Part shown: positions 11,485-21,359 of the stretch, in pieces
Numbering within the stretch: the stretch's first letter is position 1
Layout of the letters: the number at the start of each line of letters is the position of its first letter
Source: Acetobacter sp.
Lineage (GTDB): Bacteria > Pseudomonadota > Alphaproteobacteria > Acetobacterales > Acetobacteraceae
DNA: 59,201 bases
Direction: 5' to 3'
Assembly (NCBI GenBank): GCA_045615245.1
Contig: JAZLEM010000023.1
Coordinates: 1-59,201, forward strand
Position numbers and translations under genes: made by a program
The notes under the pieces: model-generated
Databases searched by the model: none
The model's input: only the letters and a program-made list of their open reading frames with translations
What the model was told of the DNA's origin: nothing

Positions 11485-13104
11485 TTAAGGATTTATTATC
11501 GTTAAACCTGTTTTTTGTATAATTTGAGGTAATATTTTTCCTGTATTATTGCTATTTTTAGAAAGGATGGAAATAATATCTTTTATAGAGAAGGGTTGGA
11601 TAGGGTGAATATTGATGACGATAGACTTATTGACAGGATGAATTAAATACTCAGCTATTTTCTGTACAGTGTAATAATACGTGTTTTGGATGTCTGACGT
11701 TTCTACAGGTGTTTTTTCTAAACCTAATTCTAATTTACTTAAAGTGTGTATATCTATATCGGTATTTGTTGTTTTGGACATATGTTTTTCTGGAGTAATA
11801 AATTTTGGAGTAATAGGTAAAGAAGTTTGAAGCATGTTGGGGAAGAATAAGGTAGTGAGTAAATGGTAAGGTGTGGTATTCGATTTTGTTGCTAGAACTT
11901 TAAGAGCCCGTGTGACTAATCCGTAATCAAAATAGGTTACAGTCGCTGAAGCAATGTGCATGTCTGGGAAAATAAGATGTACATCAGGGCTGATACAAGA
12001 TATTACAGGACTGATTGGTGAGTCTATAAAGGATTTAATAGAATCACTTATGGTAGAAGGTAAGAGAGGGGAGGAAAGGTCTCCACGGAGGTGAATCTGT
12101 CCCATTGTTGGTGCGGTTACATTTAATTCTTTAATGTGAAGGTGTCTTGTGTTGAAATTATAGATATCACTAAAGACAAGAGAAGCACGAATATGGTCAT
12201 ATTTTAAAGGAGCTAGCCAATGAAACCATGGCGTTGTTGGCCAGATTTCAATGCCCTGTATGCTAGAAGTTTCTTGTTCAGAAGCCTTTGTTAAATTGAT
12301 GTGTGAGGAAAGATTACTAATACGTAATAAGGGAGTGATCGAAAGTGATGCTTTCTCGCTATTATTTATTGCTTCACCATCAATTTCTATGTGGTGCATT
12401 TCTACATCGCGTTGTCCAGGATACGATGTGACAGGAATACCGTTATAGAGAGGGACGCCGTGGTAGAGACTCCAATATAATTTAGCAATGTTAAATCCAT
12501 TCGCATGAATAGAGTTAATCGTAAAACGTCGCCAAGATCCTGTATCAACTGATAAGAGAATATTTTTAATAAGGAGTTTATCGGTAATTTTACCATCAAA
12601 ATGGTCTAAAGTTATAGAATCTGCAGCTACTTTAGCTTGTAGAGCCTTAATAAATCCGTGAATGCCATAGGCATGGGCATGAGCAATACTCGGTAAATGC
12701 GCTGAGCGAGCTTGTTTTTGTCCACGTGGTTGCAATATCAAATCATCAATCGTTAGTAATTGTGCGAGAATATTGCCATCAGTGCCTGTTATTTGTACAT
12801 TGTGAAAAGAGAGATGGGTAATACCTGATATTTTACTATCTGAATCAGGACGTGAAAGTTCTGCTTGTTCTGCTGTAATCGTATCATTCTTGCGTCGGAA
12901 AACGACGTTTGTAAATACAGTGCTTCGTCCTAATAGACCTGGACGTGCCGAATCATATGTTAAAAAGACGTCTTGCCCAAGGGATTGGCGTAAAATATCA
13001 ATATGCTTATCGAGTATAACATATTCAGCACGTCGTGTACCAACCCATATTGCACACCCTACAACAAGAATACTTGCAAGAGTAACGAGAAAGTGCTTTT
13101 TCAA
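11485..13104 (-). CDS. Hypothetical protein with N-terminal membrane anchor/signal, beta-rich
   Basis: 539-aa ORF starting MKKHFLVTLASILVVGCAIWVG; no recognised motif. Confidence 0.7.
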   Translation of the reverse strand: MKKHFLVTLASILVVGCAIWVGTRRAEYVILDKHIDILRQSLGQDVFLTYDSARPGLLGRSTVFTNVVFRRKNDTITAEQAELSRPDSDSKISGITHLSFHNVQITGTDGNILAQLLTIDDLILQPRGQKQARSAHLPSIAHAHAYGIHGFIKALQAKVAADSITLDHFDGKITDKLLIKNILLSVDTGSWRRFTINSIHANGFNIAKLYWSLYHGVPLYNGIPVTSYPGQRDVEMHHIEIDGEAINNSEKASLSITPLLRISNLSSHINLTKASEQETSSIQGIEIWPTTPWFHWLAPLKYDHIRASLVFSDIYNFNTRHLHIKELNVTAPTMGQIHLRGDLSSPLLPSTISDSIKSFIDSPISPVISCISPDVHLIFPDMHIASATVTYFDYGLVTRALKVLATKSNTTPYHLLTTLFFPNMLQTSLPITPKFITPEKHMSKTTNTDIDIHTLSKLELGLEKTPVETSDIQNTYYYTVQKIAEYLIHPVNKSIVINIHPIQPFSIKDIISILSKNSNNTGKILPQIIQKTGLTIINP

Positions 13105-13396
13105 ATGTCACATACCTTAGATTAATTTGTGATGACTTTTCTTAAGCTTTGTAGATAATAGAGAAAGTATGATCTATGATTTGTGTCTTATCAAGATTGA
13201 TTCAATTTTGATTAAAGTTCACCTGAAAAATCTCTTATTTGTGCTAAAAGGCCAAAAGGATCCCTTTATCATAAATAATGGAGTATTTTTGAAACACTCT
13301 AGAGTGAGATAAAACAAAACTGTAAAATGAAAAATGATAGTAAAAACGATAGATAATATTTATAGTAACGTATGGTTTCTGTTATAAGGAAGGGAC

Positions 13397-13425
13397 TTGA
13401 CTCTTTTTCTAAGAAGTCGCATAAG
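13397..13425 (+). promoter_or_regulatory. Putative sigma70 promoter of rplM-rpsI
   Basis: TTGACT-N17-CATAAG, about 60 bp upstream of rplM. Confidence 0.45.
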
Positions 13426-13484
13426 TATATTACTCTATAATGTATTCAATAGCTTATGAGCTCATATAATGGATTTTTACAGTC

Positions 13485-13961
13485 ATGAAAACCACTCTTT
13501 CGCTTAAACCTGCGGAGGTTACAAAAAATTGGACCCTTATTGATGCCGAAGGTCTTGCTTTAGGGCGCTTAGCTGTTATTATTGCTCAACGTTTGCGTGG
13601 TAAGCATAAACCTCAATTTACTCCACATGTGGATTGTGGTGATCATATCGTTGTTATTAATGCAGCAAAAGTGGCTCTTAGTGGGCGTAAGGAAGAGCAA
13701 AAACTCTTTCATTATCATACAGGTTATCCGGGCGGTATTAAGACGCGTACTATACGTCAAAGACGTGAGGGGAATTGTCCAGGACATTTAATTAAAAAAG
13801 CTGTTGAGCGTATGATTTCGCGTGGTCCGCTTCAACGTGTTCAAATGCGTCATCTTCATGTTTATGCTGGGCATGAGCATCCACATGCCGGTCAAAATCC
13901 TCAGAAACTTAATGTTGCGGTTTTAAACCGTAAAAATGTTATTAACGTGCAGAAAGGCTAA
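13485..13961 (+). CDS. rplM: 50S ribosomal protein L13
   Basis: LGRLA...[24 protein letters not shown]. Confidence 0.98.
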   Translation: MKTTLSLKPAEVTKNWTLIDAEGLALGRLAVIIAQRLRGKHKPQFTPHVDCGDHIVVINAAKVALSGRKEEQKLFHYHTGYPGGIKTRTIRQRREGNCPGHLIKKAVERMISRGPLQRVQMRHLHVYAGHEHPHAGQNPQKLNVAVLNRKNVINVQKG

Positions 13962-13964
13962 TCC

Positions 13965-14462
13965 ATGTCTGAAACTCAAGAACTTACAGGGGCTTTAGCT
14001 AATCTTAAATCTGCTATGACTGTCGCTGCAGAAGCCTCACAAAAAGCACCAGTTTATGAGGTTAAACGTGATTCCTTAGGTCGTGCCTATGCTACAGGGC
14101 GCCGTAAAGATGCGATTGCGCGTGTATGGATTAAACCTGGAAAAGGGGAGGTCGTGGTCAATGGCTGTCCCGTTGTTAAATATTTTGCACGTCCTGTATT
14201 GCGGATGCTCATTTCTCAACCTTTTCTTGTTGCTGATCGGTCTAACCAATTTGATGTGGTTTGTACCGTTAAAGGCGGGGGATTGTCTGGGCAAGCCGGC
14301 GCAGTACGACATGGTATTAGTCGGGCGTTAACGTATTATGAGCCTGAATTGCGTAATGTCCTTAAGACATCAGGCTTTCTTACGCGTGATTCGCGTACTG
14401 TTGAGCGTAAGAAATACGGGCGTGCTAAAGCACGGCGTTCTTTCCAATTCAGCAAACGCTAA
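13965..14462 (+). CDS. rpsI: 30S ribosomal protein S9
   Basis: [17 protein letters not shown]-terminal FQFSKR. Confidence 0.98.
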   Translation: MSETQELTGALANLKSAMTVAAEASQKAPVYEVKRDSLGRAYATGRRKDAIARVWIKPGKGEVVVNGCPVVKYFARPVLRMLISQPFLVADRSNQFDVVCTVKGGGLSGQAGAVRHGISRALTYYEPELRNVLKTSGFLTRDSRTVERKKYGRAKARRSFQFSKR

Positions 14463-14524
14463 ACGGGTCGAAAGTAGGTTTTATATCTACTTACTCGTTG
14501 TAAAAAAGTATTTTGTTAATTACT

Positions 14525-14562
14525 TAGGGTAGAGATGGTTGTGCTCTGCCCTATAGTTTTTT
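14525..14562 (+). terminator. Rho-independent terminator after rpsI
   Basis: TAGGGTAGAG...CTCTGCCCTA stem followed by a T run. Confidence 0.7.
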
Positions 14563-15044
14563 GTGTTTCTTCAGTTTTCTTGTTTTTTCATTATATCTTT
14601 GATTCTATTTTATCCTCTTACGTGTATATTACGTATTTAATGGTCTTTTTTATAATAATAAATAGATTTCTTGAAAATGTTTTTTAAGTTTCTGAACAAA
14701 GACTTATATTGGGCCTCTGTTATAAAAAAAAAGCATAATCTTAATTTTGTTTTTGATATCGTGTTGTGTTTGTTTTTTTATGAGAAAGATCCTACATGAT
14801 ATTTTAGTTGAAAAAGACGGTGGATGGCTTAAATTACAAACGATTATGCTAATGTGAATGTTTTTCCTACAAAGCTTTTTTTATAAATATAGTTGTTGTT
14901 GGCTAGTATAAGTCATGAAAAGTGATTAACAGCTATATAATAGAGCCTCTCATCAGGTGTGAGAGTGATTGTGTATAAAAAAACGTGTTATAATAAAACC
15001 ATCATACGACATGGAGTGCGTGTTGTCGGAGTCAATTAAAGAAT

Positions 15045-15464
15045 ATGAAAGGGAAATTTATGTATTTTCTTCTAAAAAATTCAAAAAAAATAGCGTTTCT
15101 GGCTTTTCCTCTAACGATGTTTGCCGGTATAGCTTATGCACAAGCACCTTGTAATAATGTGGTTTCCTGTACTCAGCAGGGTGTCCAGAACCAGGTCGGG
15201 GCGGTAAATAATGCGGCAAATCAAAGTGTTCAAGGTCTGGCAAACGGCTTTCAGGCGACGCAGGGGGCTGTTTCTGGTATTGCTCAGAATGCAGCACAGG
15301 CGGGCACAAATGCTGTGAATACGGCAAATAACATTGCACAAAATACGAAGGGCGCAGTGCAGAATGCGGTGAGCAATGCCGTTAATAGTGCGGTGAGTAA
15401 TGCTGTCAATGGGGCTGTTAATAGCGCAGTGAACAGTGTGAGCAATGTCATGCCCCGTTTTTAA
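15045..15464 (+). CDS. Secreted Asn/Gln/Ala/Val-rich low-complexity repeat protein
   Basis: Signal peptide ending AYA|Q; mature part nearly uncharged with NAVS/NAVN/SAVN repeats. Confidence 0.75.
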   Translation: MKGKFMYFLLKNSKKIAFLAFPLTMFAGIAYAQAPCNNVVSCTQQGVQNQVGAVNNAANQSVQGLANGFQATQGAVSGIAQNAAQAGTNAVNTANNIAQNTKGAVQNAVSNAVNSAVSNAVNGAVNSAVNSVSNVMPRF

Positions 15465-15607
15465 TTTTTTCTTTGTTGATCGTCTATCGGTTAGTCGGGC
15501 ATGACGTTTAACGTTTTTACAATCTCTTTGAAAGAGATTTAAAGGTTGATCTCTTATTTTTGTGATGCATCAACCGTGAAAAGCGACAGAGTCGTTACTG
15601 AGTTTTT

Positions 15608-17320
15608 CTAGTTTGAGAAGGTTTTTCTTCTCGTTTCGGTTTTGGTTCGTTTTATAAAGCGCCGTTCTGTAAGGGGTCTATGTTCACCCCTCGCAGGAGG
15701 GTGTATTGAATCAATTAGGATTCCCTCAGCGTTATTGATGGCTTGATGAGCAAAGTTTTGTGCTTTCTCTTGAGCAATTTCGACGAGCGTGTGATGGTTG
15801 TTAATACGGATTGCACCAATATCTTGTTTGCGGAGTCCACCTATTTTACATAACATGGGTACAAGCCATTTGGGATCAGCCTTATCAGCGCGTCCTATAG
15901 AAAGGCGAAACCATGATGTAGACGAAGCCTGATTACGACGGTATTCTTTTTGCGTCGTTGTACGTGTATGACGTTCAAAACGATTACGACGTGTAACTTC
16001 TGGCGTGAGAACACGAACATCTAGGGGCAGAGGAAGATGTGTATGCCATAAATCTACTAAGGCGTAAGCGATTTGTTGTGGTGTATGCGTTGTAAGGAGA
16101 CGATCTGCCAATTTTTGCAAAGAGGCATTAACGTTTTGTGAGTCAGAAAGAATAGGAGCCTGTAACAATCGGGCGGCATCGGCTTCAGCAATCGCTTGTT
16201 TTGTTGGAACGCCACTCCATGTAACGGTAATCTTGGCAGCTTGGAATAAACGTTCTGTCGTACGACGTCGCGCGGGCGGAACTAATAAAACACAAACCCC
16301 TTTACGCCCCGCGCGCCCTGTGCGACCAGAACGATGTAACAATGTTTCAGGACAGGAAGGCAAACTTGCATGCACAACAAGCCCAAGCTCAGGAATGTCA
16401 ATACCGCGGGCTGCAACATCGGTGGCGACGCAAACACGTGCTTGACCATGGCGTAAACTTTCAATAGCACGAAGACGTTCATTTTGTCCTAAATCGCCAG
16501 AAATGGCGACAGAAGAAAAACCTCGTTCGGCTAAGGTGGTATGAAGTTGCCGAACGGCTTCACGCGTGTGGCAAAAAACAATTGCGGTTCGTGCCTCTTC
16601 TAATCGTAAAACATTGACAACAGCCCCCGTAATATCCGATGGATCGGTCAGGACTGCACGATAAGTAATATCTGCATGTGGGGTGTTGGCATCGATTGTA
16701 TCAATCCGTAAAGCATTGTTTTGATAGCGTCGTGCTAGCGTGGCAATATCTCGTCCTATGGTTGCAGAGAAGAGCAAAGTCAGACGCGTCTTTGGCATGG
16801 CGTCTAAAAGAAATTCTAAATCTTCACGAAAGCCAAGGTCGAGCATTTCATCAGCTTCGTCTAAGACAACAGCTTGAAGTTGAGATAAGACAAGGTGACC
16901 ACGCCCGACATGATCACATAAACGACCAGGGGTACCAACAACAATATGGCAGCCTGTCGACAAGGCACGCGCTTCACGTCTTGGTTCCATGCCGCCAACA
17001 CAAGAAACAATACGCGCACCTGTTTCTGCATAGAGCCATTCAATCTCATTACGTACCTGTAAAGCCAATTCACGCGTGGGGGCAATAACGAGGGCGATAG
17101 GTGCAGAAGGTGGGGGGCAACGCTCATTATCTTTAAGAAGAAGATCTGATAAAACAAGACCAAAAGCAACGGTTTTCCCCGATCCCGTTCTGGCTGAAAC
17201 TAAAAGATCTCGCCCTTTGGCATCTTCAGCAAGAACAGCAGCTTGTACAGGGGTTGGTGCAATAAAACCGCGTGCAGAAAGCGCACGCGCAAGAGGCGGA
17301 GAAGCGTGTCGAAAAGGCAT
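15608..17320 (-). CDS. DEAD-box RNA helicase (DeaD-like, C-terminal DbpA-type RNA-binding domain)
   Basis: ARTGSGKT, PTRELA, TPGRL, DEAD, SAT, HRSGRTGRAG. Confidence 0.93.
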   Translation of the reverse strand: MPFRHASPPLARALSARGFIAPTPVQAAVLAEDAKGRDLLVSARTGSGKTVAFGLVLSDLLLKDNERCPPPSAPIALVIAPTRELALQVRNEIEWLYAETGARIVSCVGGMEPRREARALSTGCHIVVGTPGRLCDHVGRGHLVLSQLQAVVLDEADEMLDLGFREDLEFLLDAMPKTRLTLLFSATIGRDIATLARRYQNNALRIDTIDANTPHADITYRAVLTDPSDITGAVVNVLRLEEARTAIVFCHTREAVRQLHTTLAERGFSSVAISGDLGQNERLRAIESLRHGQARVCVATDVAARGIDIPELGLVVHASLPSCPETLLHRSGRTGRAGRKGVCVLLVPPARRRTTERLFQAAKITVTWSGVPTKQAIAEADAARLLQAPILSDSQNVNASLQKLADRLLTTHTPQQIAYALVDLWHTHLPLPLDVRVLTPEVTRRNRFERHTRTTTQKEYRRNQASSTSWFRLSIGRADKADPKWLVPMLCKIGGLRKQDIGAIRINNHHTLVEIAQEKAQNFAHQAINNAEGILIDSIHPPARGEHRPLTERRFIKRTKTETRRKTFSN

Positions 17321-17408
17321 GTATTGAGTATTTTAGCTAAAATGGATAGAAAGTGGAAAGAAAGGTATGGTGTAAAACAAAACACAAAAATTACAAAAAC
17401 TAAAAGTA

Positions 17409-17451
17409 AAAAAGGCTTAAAAATTTATAGCATAAACTTTTAAGCCTTTTT
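17409..17451. terminator. Bidirectional intrinsic terminator downstream of the outer-membrane protein gene
   Basis: AAAAAGGCTTAAAA...TTTTAAGCCTTTTT, a 14-bp inverted repeat. Confidence 0.75.
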
Positions 17452-17487
17452 ATCTTTTTATTCAAGACATTTTGTAACCTGACCGTC

Positions 17488-19431
17488 TTACCCTTGGAAC
17501 GGCAAGTAACGGAAAGAAAGCATCAGTGTACTGATATCAGTTCTATGTCCTGTTCCATTAGGATCTCCGTTACCGTTACCAGGCCAGAGTTTTCTCTGGG
17601 CGTAAATGAGTTGTACACCACTTTCCACTGTACCAAAGCGTCCTTTGAAGAAACGCCACCAGGCACCGACGGTTCCCTCGATAACGCGGTGCGTACTTCC
17701 TTGACAAGTGCCGCCTTCAATCATACAACCTGCGGTTGCGAAATATGGACTACCGTATCCGCCATAACCATATTGGTTGCCCCAATAGCTTCGTCCGCTT
17801 TCTTGCATACCAAAGTAGCCATAGACGTCGATTGATTTGGTGGGGTGCCCCACAATGCCCGTTGAAGCAATAGCTGAAAAGAGAGGAATAGGTTGCCCCA
17901 ATTGGCTAAGGGTGACACCCGGTAAGAACGTACCACCATAACGACCAATACCCTTACCCACAACACCGCCAAGGTGCATTTCCATTTTATGCGGAATTAG
18001 TGGGAGGACCATAGAGGCACCGCCACCTCCGGCAATAGCCGTATTGTTATGCCCCTGTCCCATAGCTGTCGTAACACGATTATGCGGGAAAGTGAGCATA
18101 CCTTCGATTTCGTAATGCCCCCATGCTGGATCCCATGCGAGTTTACCAATAATGTCGGGTGAGATTTCGTTGGGGTAGACAGCAGAACTATTGGTTAAGC
18201 CTTGTCCTACATGTCCATAAGTCACTTTATAGCCATTCGGTAGCGTTACTGTACCATTGCCAGTATTGCAAGCAGCACTTCCACCCCCACATTGGATGCC
18301 ATAGATATTGGCGGCATTTTCAACCGAAAACCCTGCCCACAGGCGATGATGGTAGAAATCTTTCACAACACGAATTTGTGGTTGACGCGCCCAGACCGAG
18401 CCAGCGACTAAAGCCCAGTCAATCGTAATCGGCAAGGCTTCCTGACGGGCAACGATACCAATTCGGTTCGGCGTAAACATAGACCAAGCCTGTCCTACAA
18501 GAACGTGCCAACCATATTTATTGTTATCGTAGGTCAAATAGATTTGCCGCATACGCATGGTGAAGCTGTTGCTCTTATAGAAGTTCGTTGTGTTTGCTGC
18601 CGCACCCCAACCAAACTCGAAATATCCTGACACAATAGAGTGCTTATTCAGATTTCCACGCAGTAACATAGAAATGCGGGAGTACCGCGCTGTTGCCGAG
18701 AAGTTATCAGTATAATACCGTGGTTCATTCGGGAAAGGCATGCTCTTAAACTCAGTAAAGGTATCGGTTGGCATGTGGCGGTTGCGTTCTGCCATGGTCA
18801 CGTTGATGAAGCCACCGAGAACCATAGTGACAGGACCGATATTGATAATACCCTTATTACCTAAGGCGCTCACGATCTGGTTACCAGCTGTTTGCCGCGG
18901 GTGAATACCCACGTCGTTTGGCGCCACGCGGACCGTTAAATCCTGATCTTTTTGGGCAGTTACTGTTTCTACATCAGGGGTACCAAAAAAACCAGGTCCT
19001 AGAGTAATAAGCCCTTTGTTGGTTAGTGCACTTGTCTGTTGTGCACCAGCTGTATAGGGTGGGTATACGCCTACATTATTAGGGGCAACGCGGGCTGTTA
19101 AAGCAGCATTTCCTTGACCAATGACGGTTTGAGTGGCGGGTCCGGCGAACGTAGGTTGTACTTCACGTGAATAACTACGCCGACTCCGTCTTACCCTCTG
19201 TGTGACCATTTGTCTTTGAACGGAGGCGAGAGCCTTTTGGAGTTCACGTTGCTCTGCTTGAAGTTTGGCAATTTGTTGTGCCAATGTATCTGTGTTAGCT
19301 GCTGCTCGGGCCTGGGTGCCAAACGAATCGACGATTCCGCCAGAAATAAGGATAGTGCCTGCAAAGAGACTCTTCTTGAGAGAAGGGAGCCAAAATTTTG
19401 GTAATCGCCAAACAGTCTGAAAAGAACGCAT
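17488..19431 (-). CDS. Putative outer-membrane porin-like beta-barrel protein with N-terminal coiled coil
   Basis: Signal peptide (ARA|A), coiled coil LAQQIAKLQAEQRELQ, amphipathic strands RMRQIYLTY and VLVGQAWS, C-terminal FRYLPF. Confidence 0.7.
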   Translation of the reverse strand: MRSFQTVWRLPKFWLPSLKKSLFAGTILISGGIVDSFGTQARAAANTDTLAQQIAKLQAEQRELQKALASVQRQMVTQRVRRSRRSYSREVQPTFAGPATQTVIGQGNAALTARVAPNNVGVYPPYTAGAQQTSALTNKGLITLGPGFFGTPDVETVTAQKDQDLTVRVAPNDVGIHPRQTAGNQIVSALGNKGIINIGPVTMVLGGFINVTMAERNRHMPTDTFTEFKSMPFPNEPRYYTDNFSATARYSRISMLLRGNLNKHSIVSGYFEFGWGAAANTTNFYKSNSFTMRMRQIYLTYDNNKYGWHVLVGQAWSMFTPNRIGIVARQEALPITIDWALVAGSVWARQPQIRVVKDFYHHRLWAGFSVENAANIYGIQCGGGSAACNTGNGTVTLPNGYKVTYGHVGQGLTNSSAVYPNEISPDIIGKLAWDPAWGHYEIEGMLTFPHNRVTTAMGQGHNNTAIAGGGGASMVLPLIPHKMEMHLGGVVGKGIGRYGGTFLPGVTLSQLGQPIPLFSAIASTGIVGHPTKSIDVYGYFGMQESGRSYWGNQYGYGGYGSPYFATAGCMIEGGTCQGSTHRVIEGTVGAWWRFFKGRFGTVESGVQLIYAQRKLWPGNGNGDPNGTGHRTDISTLMLSFRYLPFQG

Positions 19432-19820
19432 GTTTTTACTTTCTTTATGATGTGGTATTGCTAATCCAAATGTTTAGGCGCGTTACGCCTTAGGGAGTGA
19501 CAATCTAATTATTTTTGTCTGTTTTGTAAAGATACTAAAAAGCTTATTTGTTCATTTTTAATATAAAAAATTATTTACAAGTGTAATACCATGTTCAGCA
19601 ATCGTGTTAACAGCCTTTGAACTGTCTTGAAGTTGCTATAGTCAATTTGAGCGTTAAGGTGCGATTTTAAAATTTTAGAACATCAACGAAATTCATAACT
19701 AAAATATATATCTTGAAGAATATCATTAAGAATTAAAGCGTAGTTAAAGATGTTTGTTATGGGATACAATAACGTTGGAGGCAGTTGTTATCTGTTTATC
19801 TATAATTTGAGTGAGGTTTT

Positions 19821-20264
19821 ATGACAAAGATTGTCCACATAATGTTGCGTGTTTTAGAAGAAGAGCGTTCTGTTCGATTCTATTCAGAGGTTTTGGGTTT
19901 GCATGTGGTAGAACGTCTTGAATTTGATGATTTTACGCTTGTTTATCTTGCAGATTCTTTTTCTCAGTCTTTACCGACTTCACAGCGTTTTGAACTTGAA
20001 CTGACGATTAACCATGGGCGCACGGATCCTTATATTCTTGGTGATGGCTATGGTCATTTAGCTATATCAGTTGACGACATCAAGGCAGAATATGATCGTT
20101 TGCAAATGGCTGGGTACACTATAACACCTATGAAAACATTAGAACATAATGGGGAAAAAGTAGCACAATTCTTTTTTCTGACAGATCCAGACGGCTATCG
20201 TATTGAAATACTTCAACGCGGTAATAAAAACGGTGTGCTTGCTGGTACGTCTGGTCGTTTTTAG
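19821..20264 (+). CDS. VOC family protein (lactoylglutathione lyase-like)
   Basis: HIMLRV, LELTINHG, GYGHLAISV, TDPDGYRIE. Confidence 0.88.
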   Translation: MTKIVHIMLRVLEEERSVRFYSEVLGLHVVERLEFDDFTLVYLADSFSQSLPTSQRFELELTINHGRTDPYILGDGYGHLAISVDDIKAEYDRLQMAGYTITPMKTLEHNGEKVAQFFFLTDPDGYRIEILQRGNKNGVLAGTSGRF

Positions 20265-20507
20265 TTTGATCGTTTGTTAGACTTGTTTCGTTCTTAATGA
20301 TTGTATTTTAATGATCGTATTTTAGAGAATGTGTTGTTTTATAAAATGCCTCGATTATGTCTTGTATGTAAGAATATGTCAATGACAGGAAAACGTGTTT
20401 TGTTAGGATGATCTCAATGGAGTTAAGTGAGATATTGTTTTCATATAGTTTTTATTTCAGAAATTTTATTTTTAAGATTTTATAGGTTGATGGGTAGGGA
20501 AGAGACT

Positions 20508-21359
20508 ATGAAGCAAACACCTTTTGTTAAGATGCACGGATTAGGGAATGATTTTATTATTTTTGATGAACGCAATGAATCTCTATCTTTAAGTCCTACT
20601 CGTATAGCAGCTCTCGCTCATCGTAAACGTGGGATTGGGTGTGATCAGTTGATTACCTTAAGTCAACCAGAGCACGCCCAAGCAGATGTTTTCGTACGAT
20701 TTTTTAACGCAGATGGGTCAGAATCCTATGCGTGTGGTAATGGGTCACGCTGTGTTGCCTCTTTTATTTCTTCTCATGCTGATGAGGAAAGGATGCGTGG
20801 CATAGGGTGTCAACAAGCTATGAAGCCGGTTCTACAAACACGTGTAGGGTTGCTTCCTACTTTTATTGGATCAAATGGTCTTGTTACGGTTGACATGGGC
20901 GTTCCAAAAACAGCGTGGTATGATATTCCCCTTGCTATGGAAACAGATACGCAATACCTCCCCCTTGTTGGAGATCCCGCTGCTATTTCGGTTGGGAATC
21001 CACATGTCACTTTTTTTGTACAGGATTTTAGCCTTCTTGCAGAAGGAGAAAGATTAGAACGTCATCCTCTTTTTCCTCAACGAGCAAATATTGGGTTTGC
21101 TTTGATAGAATCCCAGCAACGGATACGTCTTAAAGTGTATGAACGCGGTGTTGGCGTAACGGAAGCCTGTGGTTCGGCTGCTTGTGCTGCGGTGATTAAC
21201 GCTGTAAGGCGTGGTTTAACTGAAAGAGTTTGTGATGTTGTGCTTGATGGTGGTACTTTGCATATTCGATGGGAGGCGGAGACACAGCATGTCTTTATGA
21301 CGGGTCCTGTGGCAACGCCTTTTGAAGGAAAAGTAAATCTTAACGCGTTTGCCATATGA
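20508..21359 (+). CDS. dapF: Diaminopimelate epimerase
   Basis: FVKMHGLGNDF, NADGSES.ACGNG, GNPH, ERGVGVTEACGS; ATG 20508 preferred over 20427. Confidence 0.96.
   Translation: MKQTPFVKMHGLGNDFIIFDERNESLSLSPTRIAALAHRKRGIGCDQLITLSQPEHAQADVFVRFFNADGSESYACGNGSRCVASFISSHADEERMRGIGCQQAMKPVLQTRVGLLPTFIGSNGLVTVDMGVPKTAWYDIPLAMETDTQYLPLVGDPAAISVGNPHVTFFVQDFSLLAEGERLERHPLFPQRANIGFALIESQQRIRLKVYERGVGVTEACGSAACAAVINAVRRGLTERVCDVVLDGGTLHIRWEAETQHVFMTGPVATPFEGKVNLNAFAI

Noticed and set aside
14970-14978. Isolated DnaA-box-like TGTGTATAA; partial parS-like sequences near 19160 and 29610
   Set aside because: Single or degenerate matches are expected by chance in AT-rich DNA.
20427-20507. N-terminal extension of DapF (also the extensions at 25211, 44668 and 54037)
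   Set aside because: These come from longest-ORF calling; downstream starts fit the RBS or the family N-terminus better.
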